Assembly (NCBI GenBank): GCA_028826165.1
Contig: JAPDFW010000092.1
Span: 620,001-684,000, forward strand
Reading direction: 5' to 3'
Source of the DNA: Anaeramoeba ignava BMAN
Taxonomy: Eukaryota; Protista; Anaeramoebae
Length of the DNA stretch: 64,000 bases
The translations under genes and the position numbers were made by a program. Positions 22,759 through 36,500 of this stretch are shown here, piece by piece. The notes beneath the pieces are model-generated. The model had not been told where the DNA came from and searched no databases. It saw only the letters and a list, made by a program, of their open reading frames with translations. Each line of letters opens with the position of its first letter. The first letter of the stretch is position 1.

Positions 22759-25700
22759 TTATTTTTCTTTCGTCTTCCAATTCATTAATCCTCTTATTTC
22801 TTCAAATAATTTTAAATAAAACCATCCTACTTTAGCACTTAAAATATTCTTTATCAAATAAATCAAAACATCTTCATTATTTTCTGATTTTTCCTCAAAT
22901 AATAATAATTCTAATTTATTAACTTCTTCTTGATATCCTGAATATTCTCCATTATTAACTATTGTTAAAGCTTTCAAATCATCCCACATTTTTTCAACAT
23001 TCATTTCTATTATTTTTTGTGGAATTTCATTTGTAAAATCAATCTCATTTTTAAAGAAAAAATCTACTTTTTCAATTCTTTTTTGAATATTTAATTCTTC
23101 TTTCATTTTTGTTGTTAAAACTTCCTTTTCTTGTTTTCCTCCTGTTGAAAACATTATTGCATAACAAATTGTTATTATTTTGGCACAAAAACGAACCTCA
23201 ATAGGAACTTTTGATGGAATTTTGTCAACTCCATATCCAACTAATCCTTTCAAACCTGCTTTTGCTTTTTCTTCATATGAATCCATAGATAATTTTTCCA
23301 AAATTTCAAACATTTTGAAAAATTGTGATTTTTGATTTTGGATAATTTGTCCATTAACCTTAAATAAATTACGGAAATGATTCATCCAAATCTCAAGTAT
23401 TAAGAAAATCTTGAATGAATTTTCTGGCTTCAGATCAAAAGATTTGATCCAAAAAAATAAATGATTCAATAATTCAATAGCAACATTTGGATCTAGCATT
23501 TTGATTGGTTTTTCATTAGCATCATCTATTTGTAAAGGATATAATTCTTGATCAACTAGAGATTTTATTTCTTCTTTTGTTTTTTCATCTTCTTTTGATT
23601 TCGAATTGAAACTTAGAACTGATTGGGATTCAATTTTCTGAAGAAAAGTAGCTGTTAATGTGTAAACACAATCATTTTTCAAACAAGATTGAATAAACTC
23701 TAATTCATGAATTTCCGGGATTTGGAAAAAACCAAATAGATTTGAAATTGAGAAAAAAGAAGCAAAATATTTTTCCAAACATAATTCATAAATAATTGAA
23801 AGTGTTTGAAAGGAGTAAATCTTTTGAAATGAACCCATCATAATATCCACAACAAGTTCTTTGCTTGATTGAATGAACTTAATTAATTCTGCAAGAAATA
23901 GCACACTTTCTTGTTCTGATGAATTAAGTAAAGGTAAAATTGTGCCTAAAAGTTCTCTTGAATTAATCTGTTTTTGAATTTGATAATTTGAATATTGTTT
24001 TGGATCTTTATTCTGACTACTTTTCCGATTCATCATCTTGATTAACATCAATGAATCTCGGAAAATTTCTCTAAAATTGCTTGAGGATAAAAACGCAAAA
24101 TTGCTTATACTAACTTCTGTAAGAGTAAATTTTTCATTTTGATTCTCTTCATTATCAATTTTGTTTGCTTGTTCATTTCCATTGGATTTTTTGGGTAAAA
24201 AATCAAGAATCTTTTTTTTTATATTTTCCTTTACTGTATATAAAGAACTCATTATTTTATTTCCATAATCCGTTTTTTCTTCATTTTGATCTTCATTATT
24301 TAGAGTTATGCTCGATAAATCCACTTTTGAATTGGAAAGAACCTCAAAAACAAGAGTAAGATAGGAATCTAATTTATTTTCTGCATCATTTCCTATCTGG
24401 AAATTTCCGACAGATCTTAGTATTTTAAGAGCATATATTAGCTTATCTTCAAAGGAGTCAATTTCTTTCGGGGAATGCTTGGGAATTTGGTTCATAAATA
24501 TTATATAACTTTGATTTATTCAAGACAATTTGAGATTTCAAAGAAATAATCCGATTTGTAATTTCAAGATATTTTTGTGATGACAAATATCTCCAAACAA
24601 AATGTGATTTTGAAATGGAATAAATATCAGTTTTTTGATTTGGATCATTCACTTGATTTTCAGAATAAGAAACAACAGGAAATCCAAAAAGATCGATAAT
24701 TGTTGTCTGGAAATTGGAAATATCATTGATATCAACATCCTTGATATGATTAAATGGAGCTTTTTGGAACAAAAATATAATTTTGATAGTGAGATCTAGA
24801 ATAAGAAACAAAATGGAATCTTTGATATTTTGTGATTCAAAATTTAACTGAGAAAGAATACTTTCCCAAGGAAGTCTTGAAAAAATGTGAATTGCCAAAT
24901 GATTATATCCTGATTCAGGAAGTCTCGACATGAGTGTTAATAAAACAAATACATTTGGTTTTGAAATTGGGAAATTTTGCCAAGGAAGATAATTTGACAA
25001 ATAATATCCAAATAATAAAGGTATTGGAGGAAGCTCATTTACAAGCACTTCTGTGCACAAATAATGCAAAAGAATTGGAAGAGTTGATTGATCCATTTTA
25101 CAAAGATGAGAAAAACACGAACAAAACGAGAATAAAATTTGGTTGAATAAATCAATTTCTTTTGTTGATTTAATGTTAAATGGTGGTATCAAAATCATGT
25201 TTTGAAACTTGTGCAAATATAGTTCTGAATTTTTCAATGAAGATTGATCCATTGATTTTGCTTCAATTACAAAATTAATTAAAAATGGCTGGAAAAAATT
25301 GATAAATGATTGGAAATGAGCAGGTCTTTTCCCAATAAATACTTTTTGTTTTTCCATTTCTTTGTTTGAGAAAATTGATTCAATCTGGTATTGTTGAATT
25401 TTTTCCAGATAAACTTGATACTTCTGATGAATTTTGAAGGTAATATCTGATGATAATTGCTGAGAAAATTGAACAAAAATTTGAATTAAACTTGGGATGT
25501 GATTCTCAAGTTTTCCTATTAAAGAAAGAATAATGGAATTATTTCGGAATTGAATCAAAGATTTTTCAAATATTTGGGAAATTTTGAAAAGAAATTTGTG
25601 TTGTGAGACTGAAAAAGGTTTGATTTTGGTAGCAATTTCCCAAGATTTAACATCAAGATTCCCATAAAAACTAGTCTCAATCATTTTCTGTATGATATAA

Positions 25701-28700
25701 GGAACAATATCAGGAAATTGAAGTGAAATGATTTGCATTAAGGATTCCAAACTGTGATTGAAGAGTTGAGGGTTTTTTTTGTGGACATCTACTGATAATA
25801 TTGAAATGAGTAAATCTATTGATTGCTTGACTTGTTGAGTATTTGGTTTGTTTATGATCCATTCATAAAAATTAAAGCGAAGAGCAAGTAGATTGAGTAA
25901 TTTGTATAAAAAGTAATGAAATAATTTATTTGCTGAGATTTTTTTGAAATATTCTCGAGTTGTTTCTTTCTCATCGACATCACCAACAAATTTATGCAAA
26001 TAAACCAGTTTCATAACAAGTGTAGAAAACATGTCGCTCATTGAAGATGTAAGTTTGTGAGGATAAAACAGATTATGGAGAATGGGGATTGAGAGTGGAT
26101 TGTTGTTCATCAAATGGAATAGTTGCAGTTGATGATTGGGATCTTCTTGAACAAGAAAATTCTTGCCAAGATATTCAAGCATTTGGTGCAATATCCGATT
26201 CACTGGGAATCTGCACAAATCTGAGTTTTTCATTGTTTCAAAACTGATTAAATTTTTAAAATCCTCTTGACGAGATTTGATTTTCAATCGTTCTTCTTCT
26301 TGATCTAATTTGTGGATCAATTCCTTGAGATAATTTTTAGGGAAAATGTTGCAATCATAGAGAAATTGAGCAACAGAAATGCAATCTTCATTTGTAAAAG
26401 CATAAGAATTATCGAAATTATTATTATTATTGTTGTTGTTTTTGTTTTGATCTGTTGGGAATAGTTGCGAAAAAAGATAATAAAACCATTGTGTTCCCAA
26501 ATATTTCAATTGAAAATCATTTGTTTGACGATAAGAAAGTATGAGTGATTGGATGATATTTTCAAGATTAATCACAGAAGAGCATGCTTCGGTTGGAAGA
26601 ATTGCCTGATTTGGATTTGCTTTCTCAAAAAAGCTTATTGAATCCTCATTGGAATAAACAAGCATTTCTGTTTTTTTTCTGTTTTCACGAATAAGAATAT
26701 TTTCCCGAACATTCTTGACAACTTCAGTTATTTGGAAGATAATAACTGCTTTTCCTGAACATAGAAATCCACATGGTTTCTCAACAACTTTTTCCGTGAT
26801 TTGGTTCATATATAATTTAGAAATCTTCTCCAAAAGTTCCATATCAAGTTTTCTGTGGGTTTTCAAATTGCCAAGAAAATGATTTGAGGATTGAATTAAA
26901 ATACTCAAATTATGATGGAAATTTTTGTTGATTTGCGCTTGTTGGTTTTGGTCAACATTTTCCCAAATAACAACATGAATGAAATCATCACTAACCTTGA
27001 AAACCATTTCGGGAATATTTAAAAGCTGAGAACCAGTGAGTTCTTTGTTCTCAGTAATATTCCCAACTTTCATATCCGAGTATAAAGATTCGTGTTCTGT
27101 TTGTATTTTAAAATTCATGAAAAAAACAGGGAAAAGTTTTGGTTCAATAATAAATATTTTTCTAAAATCAATAAGATCCAACCAAAGCCATTGTTGGTCG
27201 TTTATTTGATTCTTTGAAATTATGTTTTGCTGCTGATTTGAATCTTTTTGAGAGAAAAAACCAAAATTGTAATCAATTTGATCAAGTGGTGAATTAACTG
27301 TAACTGAACATAGACGTTCGAATTGGAGCTCATTAACAATTTGAACTGAATTTGGGATATTTGCCATTGCTGGTTGAGGCGAACTATTGGCTTTCTGCCA
27401 ATCTTTGTATGCTTGTTTAAATAAGGATTCGAGATCATATTCACTGATCCAAAGAATCATTGCGTGAACTAGATTGCTAAGTAGTGAGTATTTAATATAA
27501 TAAAATGTTCTTTCATTTTCTTTTTGTTTTTTGTTTGCATCGATTTTCATCATTTGCATATCTCTCTCCATTTTGATTGAAGAGTCAAATTCTGAAATTT
27601 TTGTGAGAATTTTTCTTCGAATTTGAATTTCAGGCATTCCTGTTGTTTCGAAAAGGTGATTGCCATAAACTTGTGATTTTGTTGGCCATTCTCCTTTTTT
27701 ATGCAGATAGGAGAAAAATAAGGCAAAGAAAATCTGTATGAAAAGGGGTGTAATTGATGTTGAAGATGGGATGTTTTGGATCACATCCATCCACCATTTC
27801 AAGTATTGAAAATTTCTTTCTTGAAACAAATTATCTTTCATGAATTTCTGGATATCCAGTGTTTGCTTTGTTTGTTGACTTTTCTTGGTTAAAAGTATTG
27901 TGTTTCCAAATATTTGACGATTAGAAACCATCAATTTTGTTTCAACAAGAAGAATTTCAAATAATAAAAATGGATATTTTTTGACATTTTTCCCATTGAT
28001 TAATAAATCCAGATTGAATGCTGATTTAGAAGAAATGTTTTTTGGAGATTCTGCGATTTGATTGAGTTTCCAGTTGAAAAAATCAACAACAATCCATCTC
28101 ATTCCATATTTAAAAGAAAGTTCGCATAATTGATTCAAGGTTTGTTTCAAAAAATCATCTGAAATCCATTCGTTTTCTTGTGTTAAAAGAACTAACCAAA
28201 AACTGAGCATTTCTGGAGCTGAACACAATTGTCCAAGTGCATTTTCTTCTTCAATTTTATTGGTTCTTATAAGCACAAGAGATGATACTAAATATTCAAG
28301 AAGATTTGCAATTTCAAATCCATTTTCTTTGGATCCAATTCTGACACTTTTTTTCTGCATAATGTATTTCATGAAAAAAGTTCGAAATTTTGATGAAACA
28401 GAATTTAATTTATCATAATAATTCTTATTGAGGGTTTGTATCCCACTTTGGTTCATTTCTTGAATTTGATCTTCGACAATGTTTGACTTGAATTCATCTG
28501 AGAATGTAAGTTTGTCTTGATCATTGGAAAAATTTGAGTAAATAAATCTTGGCACGAAATACAGGAAAAGTCTTTGCAAATGAATGAATTTGCGAGAATT
28601 TACAAGAGAATCCAAAAGTTTGGAAAGATCATCCTGATTGTTTTCGAAATCATCCAAAATATTAGTGAGAATAAGTAAAACAAAAGAAACAAAAGGATTG

Positions 28701-31700
28701 ACTTTTTCTTTTTGTTCTTTAAATATATCGAATAGAAAAGCAATTTCACTTGTGTCTCTGTCTTTGTCTTGTTGGTATTCAAATGTTGAGAGCAGAGATT
28801 GGCCGAATTGAGTGAAAAATGTCATTTTCAAACTAACATTCCAGCACCAATCCTCAAAATCAGAGTTTCGAGAAGTGAAAAAAGAAAATAAACCAGTAGA
28901 TTTTGATTTGAGATTTCCAATCGCAATCTTCGCCATTTCGAGAAGTATTTTGCGTTGGTTTGAAGAGGAAATATAAAGTCGAGCATCCCGAAAAATTGGG
29001 AAAATAAAGAAACGGTGATCATTGAATCTCTGCGAATTATGATTTTGAATAAATCCCCAATTAACACGATCCAAAATGGATTTTGCAAGTTTGAATTTAA
29101 AGGAATTTGTTTCCGCTGAGATCCATTGTCGAAGAGTTTTGATATCTGAGGGTGTCGGCTTCCAAAGATCAAGTGGAATTTTATTGAATAAATGCGACAA
29201 AGCGTTTTCCGAAATGGGATTTGAATTTTCTGTGTTTGTTGAGAGATGGAAAACTAGTGAAATGAGATTGGGATAAAAATCACAGATTTGTTGAATCACA
29301 TTTTGTCCAGAATTTTGAACGGTTTCTTCGATTGATTCGAATCTGTATGTGATATAAAACAATTCATTCACAATTGTTGATGCAATATCGGGCTTTTGAC
29401 AAGAAGCCAAAGCAGAAAGAAAGAGGATAAGATATGGACCTTCTTGGATTTCACTTAATTTTTCTGCTAAATTTTTTCTGACTAAATCATTCTCATTCAT
29501 CTTGCTTCCCATTAATTTGGCAAAATCACTTTTGGATTGAATCACATATTCATTTTCAAATTGGATTGTAAATATCATCCCTAAAATCCTCCACAAAGCT
29601 GGATTTGATAATGCATAATATGGGAATTCTGAGAGATAAAACCACACGCTTTTGTCTTTGCATTTTAGAAGCACAGAAACTGATTCTAGAATAAAGTTAT
29701 CAATCATTTTTTGGATCGAAGAAGGAGAAATAAAATTGGGTGAATTCGGATCTTTTTGTGATTTGGAACTCATAAAATTCTGGATATAATCTAAATAGTG
29801 AGAAATTATATTGCAAATATTGCTTGAAATTATTTTCAGAAATCCTGTATATTCAAGTTGAGAAAAATTTTCAATCCCCAAAAATGATATCCTTAAAAAT
29901 TCATGAAGAAATAAGCTTGTTGTATTGAAATCATGCAGCTCAACATTAAATATATATTTTGCAAATGATGCTATTGGGAGCTGTGAATAAAAGGCAAGGT
30001 AATCTGATTCAAAAATCAAGCATTTTCGTTGTGGAGCCTCGGGATTAGGATCCACAAAAACAAAGAAATCTTCCTCAAAATCAACCTGATTTGCTTGAGG
30101 ATGTATCTTTGAAATTGTGTTTGTGAATTTTTCGTCAAGAAGAATTGGATCCAAAAACAATTCATAAACCCAAACAAAATGATAAAATGTATTTTGATTG
30201 ATAATTTCTGGGAATTGGAATAAATCAAGTGCCCAATCAGAAGAGTATGGGGAATGCAACAAAAAATACATCATCACAAGTAAATCTTCATGAGTGGCAA
30301 TGCGAAGCAAAATGGAAGCAAGAATTTTGATCCAATTTCTTATACTGAGAAGAAATTTTGATTTGTTTGATTTTTCTTTTTCTTTTTGTACATTTTGAAT
30401 AATTTTGAGATCATCCAAAGAAAGTGAGAAATTTCTTTCAAAATAAAACAGAATTGATAAATAGTGGATAATCATTGAAGCGCATTCAGAAAAATTACTA
30501 TTCCTCCGTTGCAAAAGTGTTGGTTTTTGGTTGTTGCATTGATCAATTGAAAATGGGATTTTAAACTTAAGAAATCTATTAAGAAAACTTTCAACTCTAA
30601 TTTTTGACAATTCCAATTCAATCAAATAAGAAGTTAATCTATAATGGATTTCTTCTCTATAATTAGATAAACTTCTTGATAATTTTTCTTGATCTTTTAA
30701 ATTGAGTTTTGCTTCTTTATATGTTATTGTCTCATTCACAATATTTTTATCTGCACATAATGCACTTTTTGATGCACTTTTGGTATTAAATTTCCAAACT
30801 TTTTTTTCTTCAGCTTTTACTTCTATTTTGTTTATTTTAAGTTCTTCTTTGAGTTCTTGTAATTTTTTTTCAAAATTGTAAAAATTTAAAACAAGTTCAT
30901 AAAATTCATCTTTTTGGTTTTGAGGGTTAAGAAACTTTTTGTTTTTATCAATCCAATAAATTTTTTATAAAGAATATAAATATTTAATAAAATAAAATGA
31001 TGTTTTTTTGTTTGTTTGATTTTCTTTTCTTACTTTCTCAAAGTGTTTTATTGCTTCAAATTTTGTTTGAATTTTTTCTTTAACATTTTCTTTAATATTT
31101 TCTTTAACATTTTCATTAACACTTTCTTTAACATTTTCTTTAATTTTTCATTAATATTTTCTTTAACATTTTCATTAATATTTTCATTAATATTTTCATT
31201 AATATTTTCATTAATAATTTTTCATTAATATTTTCTTCAATATTTTCTTCAACATTTTCTTTAATATTTTCTTCAACATTTTCTTTAATATTTTCATTAA
31301 TTTTTTCTTTAACATTTTCATCAATATTTTCATTAATATTTTCATTAACATTTTCTTTAATATTTTCATTAATTTTTCTTTAACATTTTCATCAATATTT
31401 TCATTAATGTTTTCATTAATATTTTCATTAATATTTTCATTAATATTTTCATTAATATTTTCATCAATTTTTTCATTAATTTTTGAATGAAATTGCTCTT
31501 GAAATTTTTCTTTTATTGGATTTTCAAGAATTAATGAATTTTTTTCAAGTAAAAAAGAATAATTTTCTGGAATTTCAGAACTTAATAATAAATAATTTTC
31601 TGGTTCAATCAAATCGTCTTCATTTTGATCATCCATTTCTTCCAAAGAAGGATAAATAAAAGAATGTGTATGCTTTAATAATGGTTTAATCTCTTTTTCT

Positions 31701-32671
31701 TTTTCTTTTTCTTTTTCAATTTCAATTTGATTTTCCTTTTTAATTTGATTTTCAATTTGATTTTCATTTTGATTTTCAATTTGATTTTCAATTTGATTTT
31801 GATTTTCAATTTGAATTTGATTTTGAATTTGTTTTTGATTTTCAATTTGATTTTCAATTTGATTTTGATTTTCCTTTTCAATTTGTTTTTGATTTTCAAT
31901 TTGATTTTCAATTTGAATTTGTTTTTGATTTTCCTTTTCAATTTCAATTTGATTTTGATTTTCATTTTTAATTTGATTTTCAATTTGATTTTGATTTTCC
32001 TTTTCAATTTGTTTTTCATTTTCAATTTGATTTTCAATTTGTTTTTGATTTTCCTTTTCAGTTTGTTTTTGATTTTGTTTTTGATTTTCAATTTGATTTT
32101 GAATTTGATTTTCAATTTCATTTTGTTTTTCCTTTTCAATTTGATTTTCAATTTCATTTTGATTTTGAATTTGATTTTCAATTTGATTTTCAATTTGAAT
32201 TTGTTTTTCATTTTCAATTTGATTTTCAATTTGATTTTCATTTTCAATTTGATTTTGAATTTGATTTTCATTTCCAATTTGTTTTTGATTTTGATTTTCA
32301 ATTTGTTTTTGATTTTCATTTTCCTTTTCAATTTTATTTTGTTTTTCATTTTCAATTTGTTTTTGATTTTGATTTTCAATTTGATTTTGATTTTCCTTTT
32401 CAATTTGATTTTGATTTTCCTTTTCAATTTGATTTTCAATTTCATTTTGTTTTTCCTTTTCAATTTGTTTTTCAATTTGATTTTCAATTTGTTTTTGATT
32501 TTCATTTTCAATTTCAATTTGTTTTTGATTTTGATTTTGTTTTTCCTTTTTAATTTGAATTTGATTTTCATTTTTAATTTGTTTTTGTTTTTCATTTTCA
32601 TTTTGATTGTGTTTGTGTTTGTGTTTCCTTTTTGTTTGATGTTTTTTTTTAATTTGAGGTTGCATCATCAT
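22759..32671 (-). CDS. EPG5: EPG5 (ectopic P-granules autophagy protein 5) homolog; ATG ~32671, intron 30935..31033, several apparent frameshifts (31140-31375, ~24470)
   Basis: EFYELVLNF...[61 protein letters not shown] and C....CSGKAVI resemble EPG5; ORFs 31211..32764, 24458..30739 and 22759..24495 are collinear; the GTAAG...AAAAAG intron is phase 0. Confidence 0.82.
31050..32610 (-). repeat. Coding low-complexity repeats (ENIN 12-mer; QIEN/QN/EK) in the first exon of the EPG5-like gene
   Basis: Directly visible tandem 6- and 12-mers. Confidence 0.9.
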
Positions 32672-32760
32672 TTTTAAAAAAAAAAAATAAAAGAAAAAAA
32701 ATGAAAAAAAAAATAAAAAAGGAAAAAAGTTTTTATTATTTGGAAAAAAAAAGAAATTCT

Positions 32761-33363
32761 TCAATCAACAATAAAAAGCATCCAACAAGGTTCAGATTGC
32801 AAAAATTCAGATAAATTATCAGCAGCGAATTGAGTTCCATGTTGAGTTTTATGGGGATCAATAATTAAAACAAAATCATTTTGTAAATCAGCTAAAACAT
32901 AACTAGAAATTCCATTATCAACAATTATAGGTAATTTTGAATTCGAAAAATGATTTTGAATTATAGAAACAAGAGTATTAAGACCATCAAGACCTTCTAA
33001 CTTTGAATTTTGGGGCTGATCATAAATATCCAAAGGAGTATAAAGAACTCTTGATTTTGCATTTTCTGATTGAAAATAAACAATTTCTTTTCCTTTTAAT
33101 TGGAGATTATCTTCTAAAAAAAGTGCCACATTATGTGGTTCAATCCACATTTCAATTAAACTATCTTTTTCGTTAATATTTCCTTTGGAAAAATATGTTA
33201 CTAATGTTTCCATATCTGGTATTTGTGATTCTTTTGGGATTTTTTTAAAATAAATTAAAGCAGAAACTAAAGTTTGAAGATTTCTATAAACACAACCCCA
33301 ATTATTATCATTAAAATTATCACAAGAATAAAAGAAATAATTATAATTAACTTCAAAATCCAT
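32761..33363 (-). CDS. UFM1-specific peptidase (C78 family), catalytic-domain-only UFSP1-like
   Basis: [20 protein letters not shown] (catalytic Cys), WIEP, VLIIDPH (Asp-Pro-His box); ~200 aa from Met 33363. Confidence 0.88.
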   Translation of the reverse strand: MDFEVNYNYFFYSCDNFNDNNWGCVYRNLQTLVSALIYFKKIPKESQIPDMETLVTYFSKGNINEKDSLIEMWIEPHNVALFLEDNLQLKGKEIVYFQSENAKSRVLYTPLDIYDQPQNSKLEGLDGLNTLVSIIQNHFSNSKLPIIVDNGISSYVLADLQNDFVLIIDPHKTQHGTQFAADNLSEFLQSEPCWMLFIVD

Positions 33364-33502
33364 TTTTTTTATTTTTTTTAATTTAAACAAAAAAATGAAA
33401 AAAAAAATAAAAATTAATTTTTCATTTTTTTCATTTTTTTTTATTTTCATTTTTAAATTCCGTTATATTTTTTTTTTTAAAATCAAATCAAAAAAAAAAA
33501 TA

Positions 33503-36500
33503 ATGCAAAAAGATAATCAACCAAAAAATAACCAACAAAACAATCAACAATTTCGAAGAATTAATTCAATATCAACTCTTCAACGTAACGATCAAGAAAA
33601 AGAAAAAGAAAAAGAAAAAGAAAAAGAAAAAAAAATACAAAGAAAAGGAAGTTTTTGGAAAAAGAAAAAAACTGTCAACAGACGACCGTTACAAAATATA
33701 AAGAAAGAAGATTGGAGAGAAATGTTAAGCAAACCAGAAAAAAGCCAAGATGACAATAAATTGCAACGAGCAAATAGTAATCTTGAAGATGTTTTGAAAA
33801 AAGAAATGGATCAAAGTGGAGAAATTTCTCAAGCAAAAACTAAGTTTGAAAATATGAATATGGATCTTCTTCAATTAAGCTCAACTAATTTTCTTGATAA
33901 ATTTGTTGAATCCAATGAGAAGAAAAAAACAAAAGAAAAACCTGATAAATCGGAGAAAAAGAAAATACAAAAAGAAAAAGAGAAAGAAAAAGAAAAAGAA
34001 ATTGAATCCAAAAAAAAGGAAAAGGAACTTTTAAGACAGAAAAAAAAACAAGAGCAAATGAATAAAAAGCAAAAGCAAAAGGAGGAAAAAGAAAAGAAAA
34101 AGGAAAAAAAAGGGAGAAAGAAATCTTTCTTAAACAAAATATTTAAAGGAATGTCTCATCAGAAAAAAAAGGAGCAAGCTTTACAAGAAGCAATAGAAAA
34201 ATCAAAAAAAGAAACAAATATTTCAAATACAGAACCCCAAAATCAAGTCAATTCAAATGCTAATCCAAATCCTATTAATACTTTTACTCAATCGCAAACT
34301 TCTGAAATCCAAATGAAATTTCGTTCTGAATTATTTGAAAGTATTTTAATTGATTCTTTATCAACCCAATATTTTCAGGAATTTTTACAAGAAATTGGGA
34401 TTTCTTTAAATTTAAAACTTTTGAAAGAATTTGATGATTTCAATAAAATTACTGACAAGTCTCAACAACAATCAACAGCAAAAAGGATTATTCAACAAGT
34501 AAAAAATCAAAATTAAATCAAAATTCAAATTAAATCAAAATTTAAATTTAAATCAAAAATTCAAAAAATTTATTAGTATTTCTCTCCAAATCATACAGAA
34601 ATTATCAAAATTAGTGAAAAAACAAAAAAAGAAGTCGCAGATCAATACAATCAAGGCAATTATTCTTCATCACTATTTGCAAATTGTTTGCAAGAATTAA
34701 GGACAAATTTTATTAATGAAATTGTTCCACAATTTGAACAATCAACACAATATGAAATTTTAGTTTTCTTGAAAAATCAACCAATAAGTGAATTTCCTAA
34801 ATCAGTCAATTTTAGTAACAAACAAAGAGCTGTTATATTTTTTAGATTATTAGAAACAGAAGAGATATATATTGAGAATTTGAAGAACTTAGTGGAAGGT
34901 GTAATTCCGGAAGTAGAGAAGCAAATATCAAAAACAATTAGTAGCAAAGATTTTTATGAAATATTTTTCAATTTTCGAAATATTTTCCGAATCAATCTCA
35001 AAATATTGGAGGAATTACTCAAACGCAAACAAAATTGGAGTGATAAGCAGCAATTCGGAAATATTTTTGTTGAACATGGAGAAGAACTATTGAAAGTATA
35101 TATTGATTATTGTTGCAATTACAGAGTTGCATTGAATTCACTACAAAGATGTCAAAGAACATCAGTAACAGGAAAAATGCTTCAGGATGTATCGCATTCA
35201 CATGGAGATATCGATATGATGAAGGCAATCACATATCCTGTTATCCGTCTTTATCGATATCGTTTGATGATTGAAGACTTAACAAAGTGCACAAACTCAA
35301 GACATCCAGATTATGTTTCTTCATTTAAAGCATTAAATATATTCAAAAATAAAATTTCTGAAAGAATATATCCCATTGAAGACCAAGATAACCATTTAAT
35401 GGCATTGGAATGGGCTTCAAGAGAATTGTCTGTTAAAGAACAATCTGAAAAAAATGAAAATCCTGACAACCAAAATTCTGATAATCAAGAAATGGATGAT
35501 AAAAAATTGAATAAAGAATCAAAAGAAGAATCAAAACCAAAACAAGAAGAAAAGGAAAAGGAAAAAGATAAAAAACAAAAACAAAAACAAAAACAAAAAC
35601 AAAAACAAAAAGGGAAGCAAAAAGAAAATACTCAAAATGGAAAAAATCAAGAAAGTCAACAAAATAATAGCAATAGTGATACAAATAAAAATACAAATAC
35701 AAACACAAATGCAAATGAAAATAAAGCACCTTCTTATATACCTGATCCAAAAGGTGGATTTCCTGATTCATGCATTTTTTCATATCTTTCAATGATTTCA
35801 AAATATGATATTCTTTTATCACAAGAAAACTTCATTTTGCAAGAAAAAGGAAATATTCTTTCTTATACACAAAACCCTAATTATGAAAACTTTGAAATTT
35901 TCTTGTTTTTATACGAAAATTGTTTGGCTTGGTTTCTTCCAGCGGAGTTTGATGAAGATACTCCAAACGAGCAACTCCGTCAACAATATTGGTTGGAGCA
36001 TTTGTGTCCAATTAATTCTGTTTGGATCGATTCTCTTGAGGATATAAATAGAGGTGATATTGTGGAAATCAAGACTCCAGAAAGAAAAATTGAAATCAAA
36101 TTGTTAAATAGACAACCATTTTTTGATTATGTTCTAAAGCAAATATCTAAAAAATGCAATATAACAGTGGAAGAAGCAAAAGACAAACAATACAAGAGAA
36201 AAGATACTTATCATTATTTAAATCACGAGATTTACCAAGGAAGATTCCAATATGGAGTTCCTGTTGGAACTGGCAAAATCATATATCCAAACAGAACTAT
36301 TTTTAGAGGAAATTTTGAAAATGGAATCAAACAAGGAAAGGGAAAACTTACTTATCCAAATGGAGAAGTTTTTTATGGCAATTGGAAAAATAATTTGCCA
36401 AGTGGTGAATGTAAGATTAGATATCAAAAAAAAACCATTTTCAAAGGTAATTATATTAATGGGAAAAGAGAAGGAAAAGCAAAAGTTATTTTCCCTTCAG

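Noticed and set aside
31675-32677. Long ORFs of KIKLK / ILIFNL / FDFDF type (also 4299, 6035, 40093, 40172, 51907, 53834, 56006-56344, 63235)
   Set aside because: Alternate-frame or antisense readings of tandem repeats
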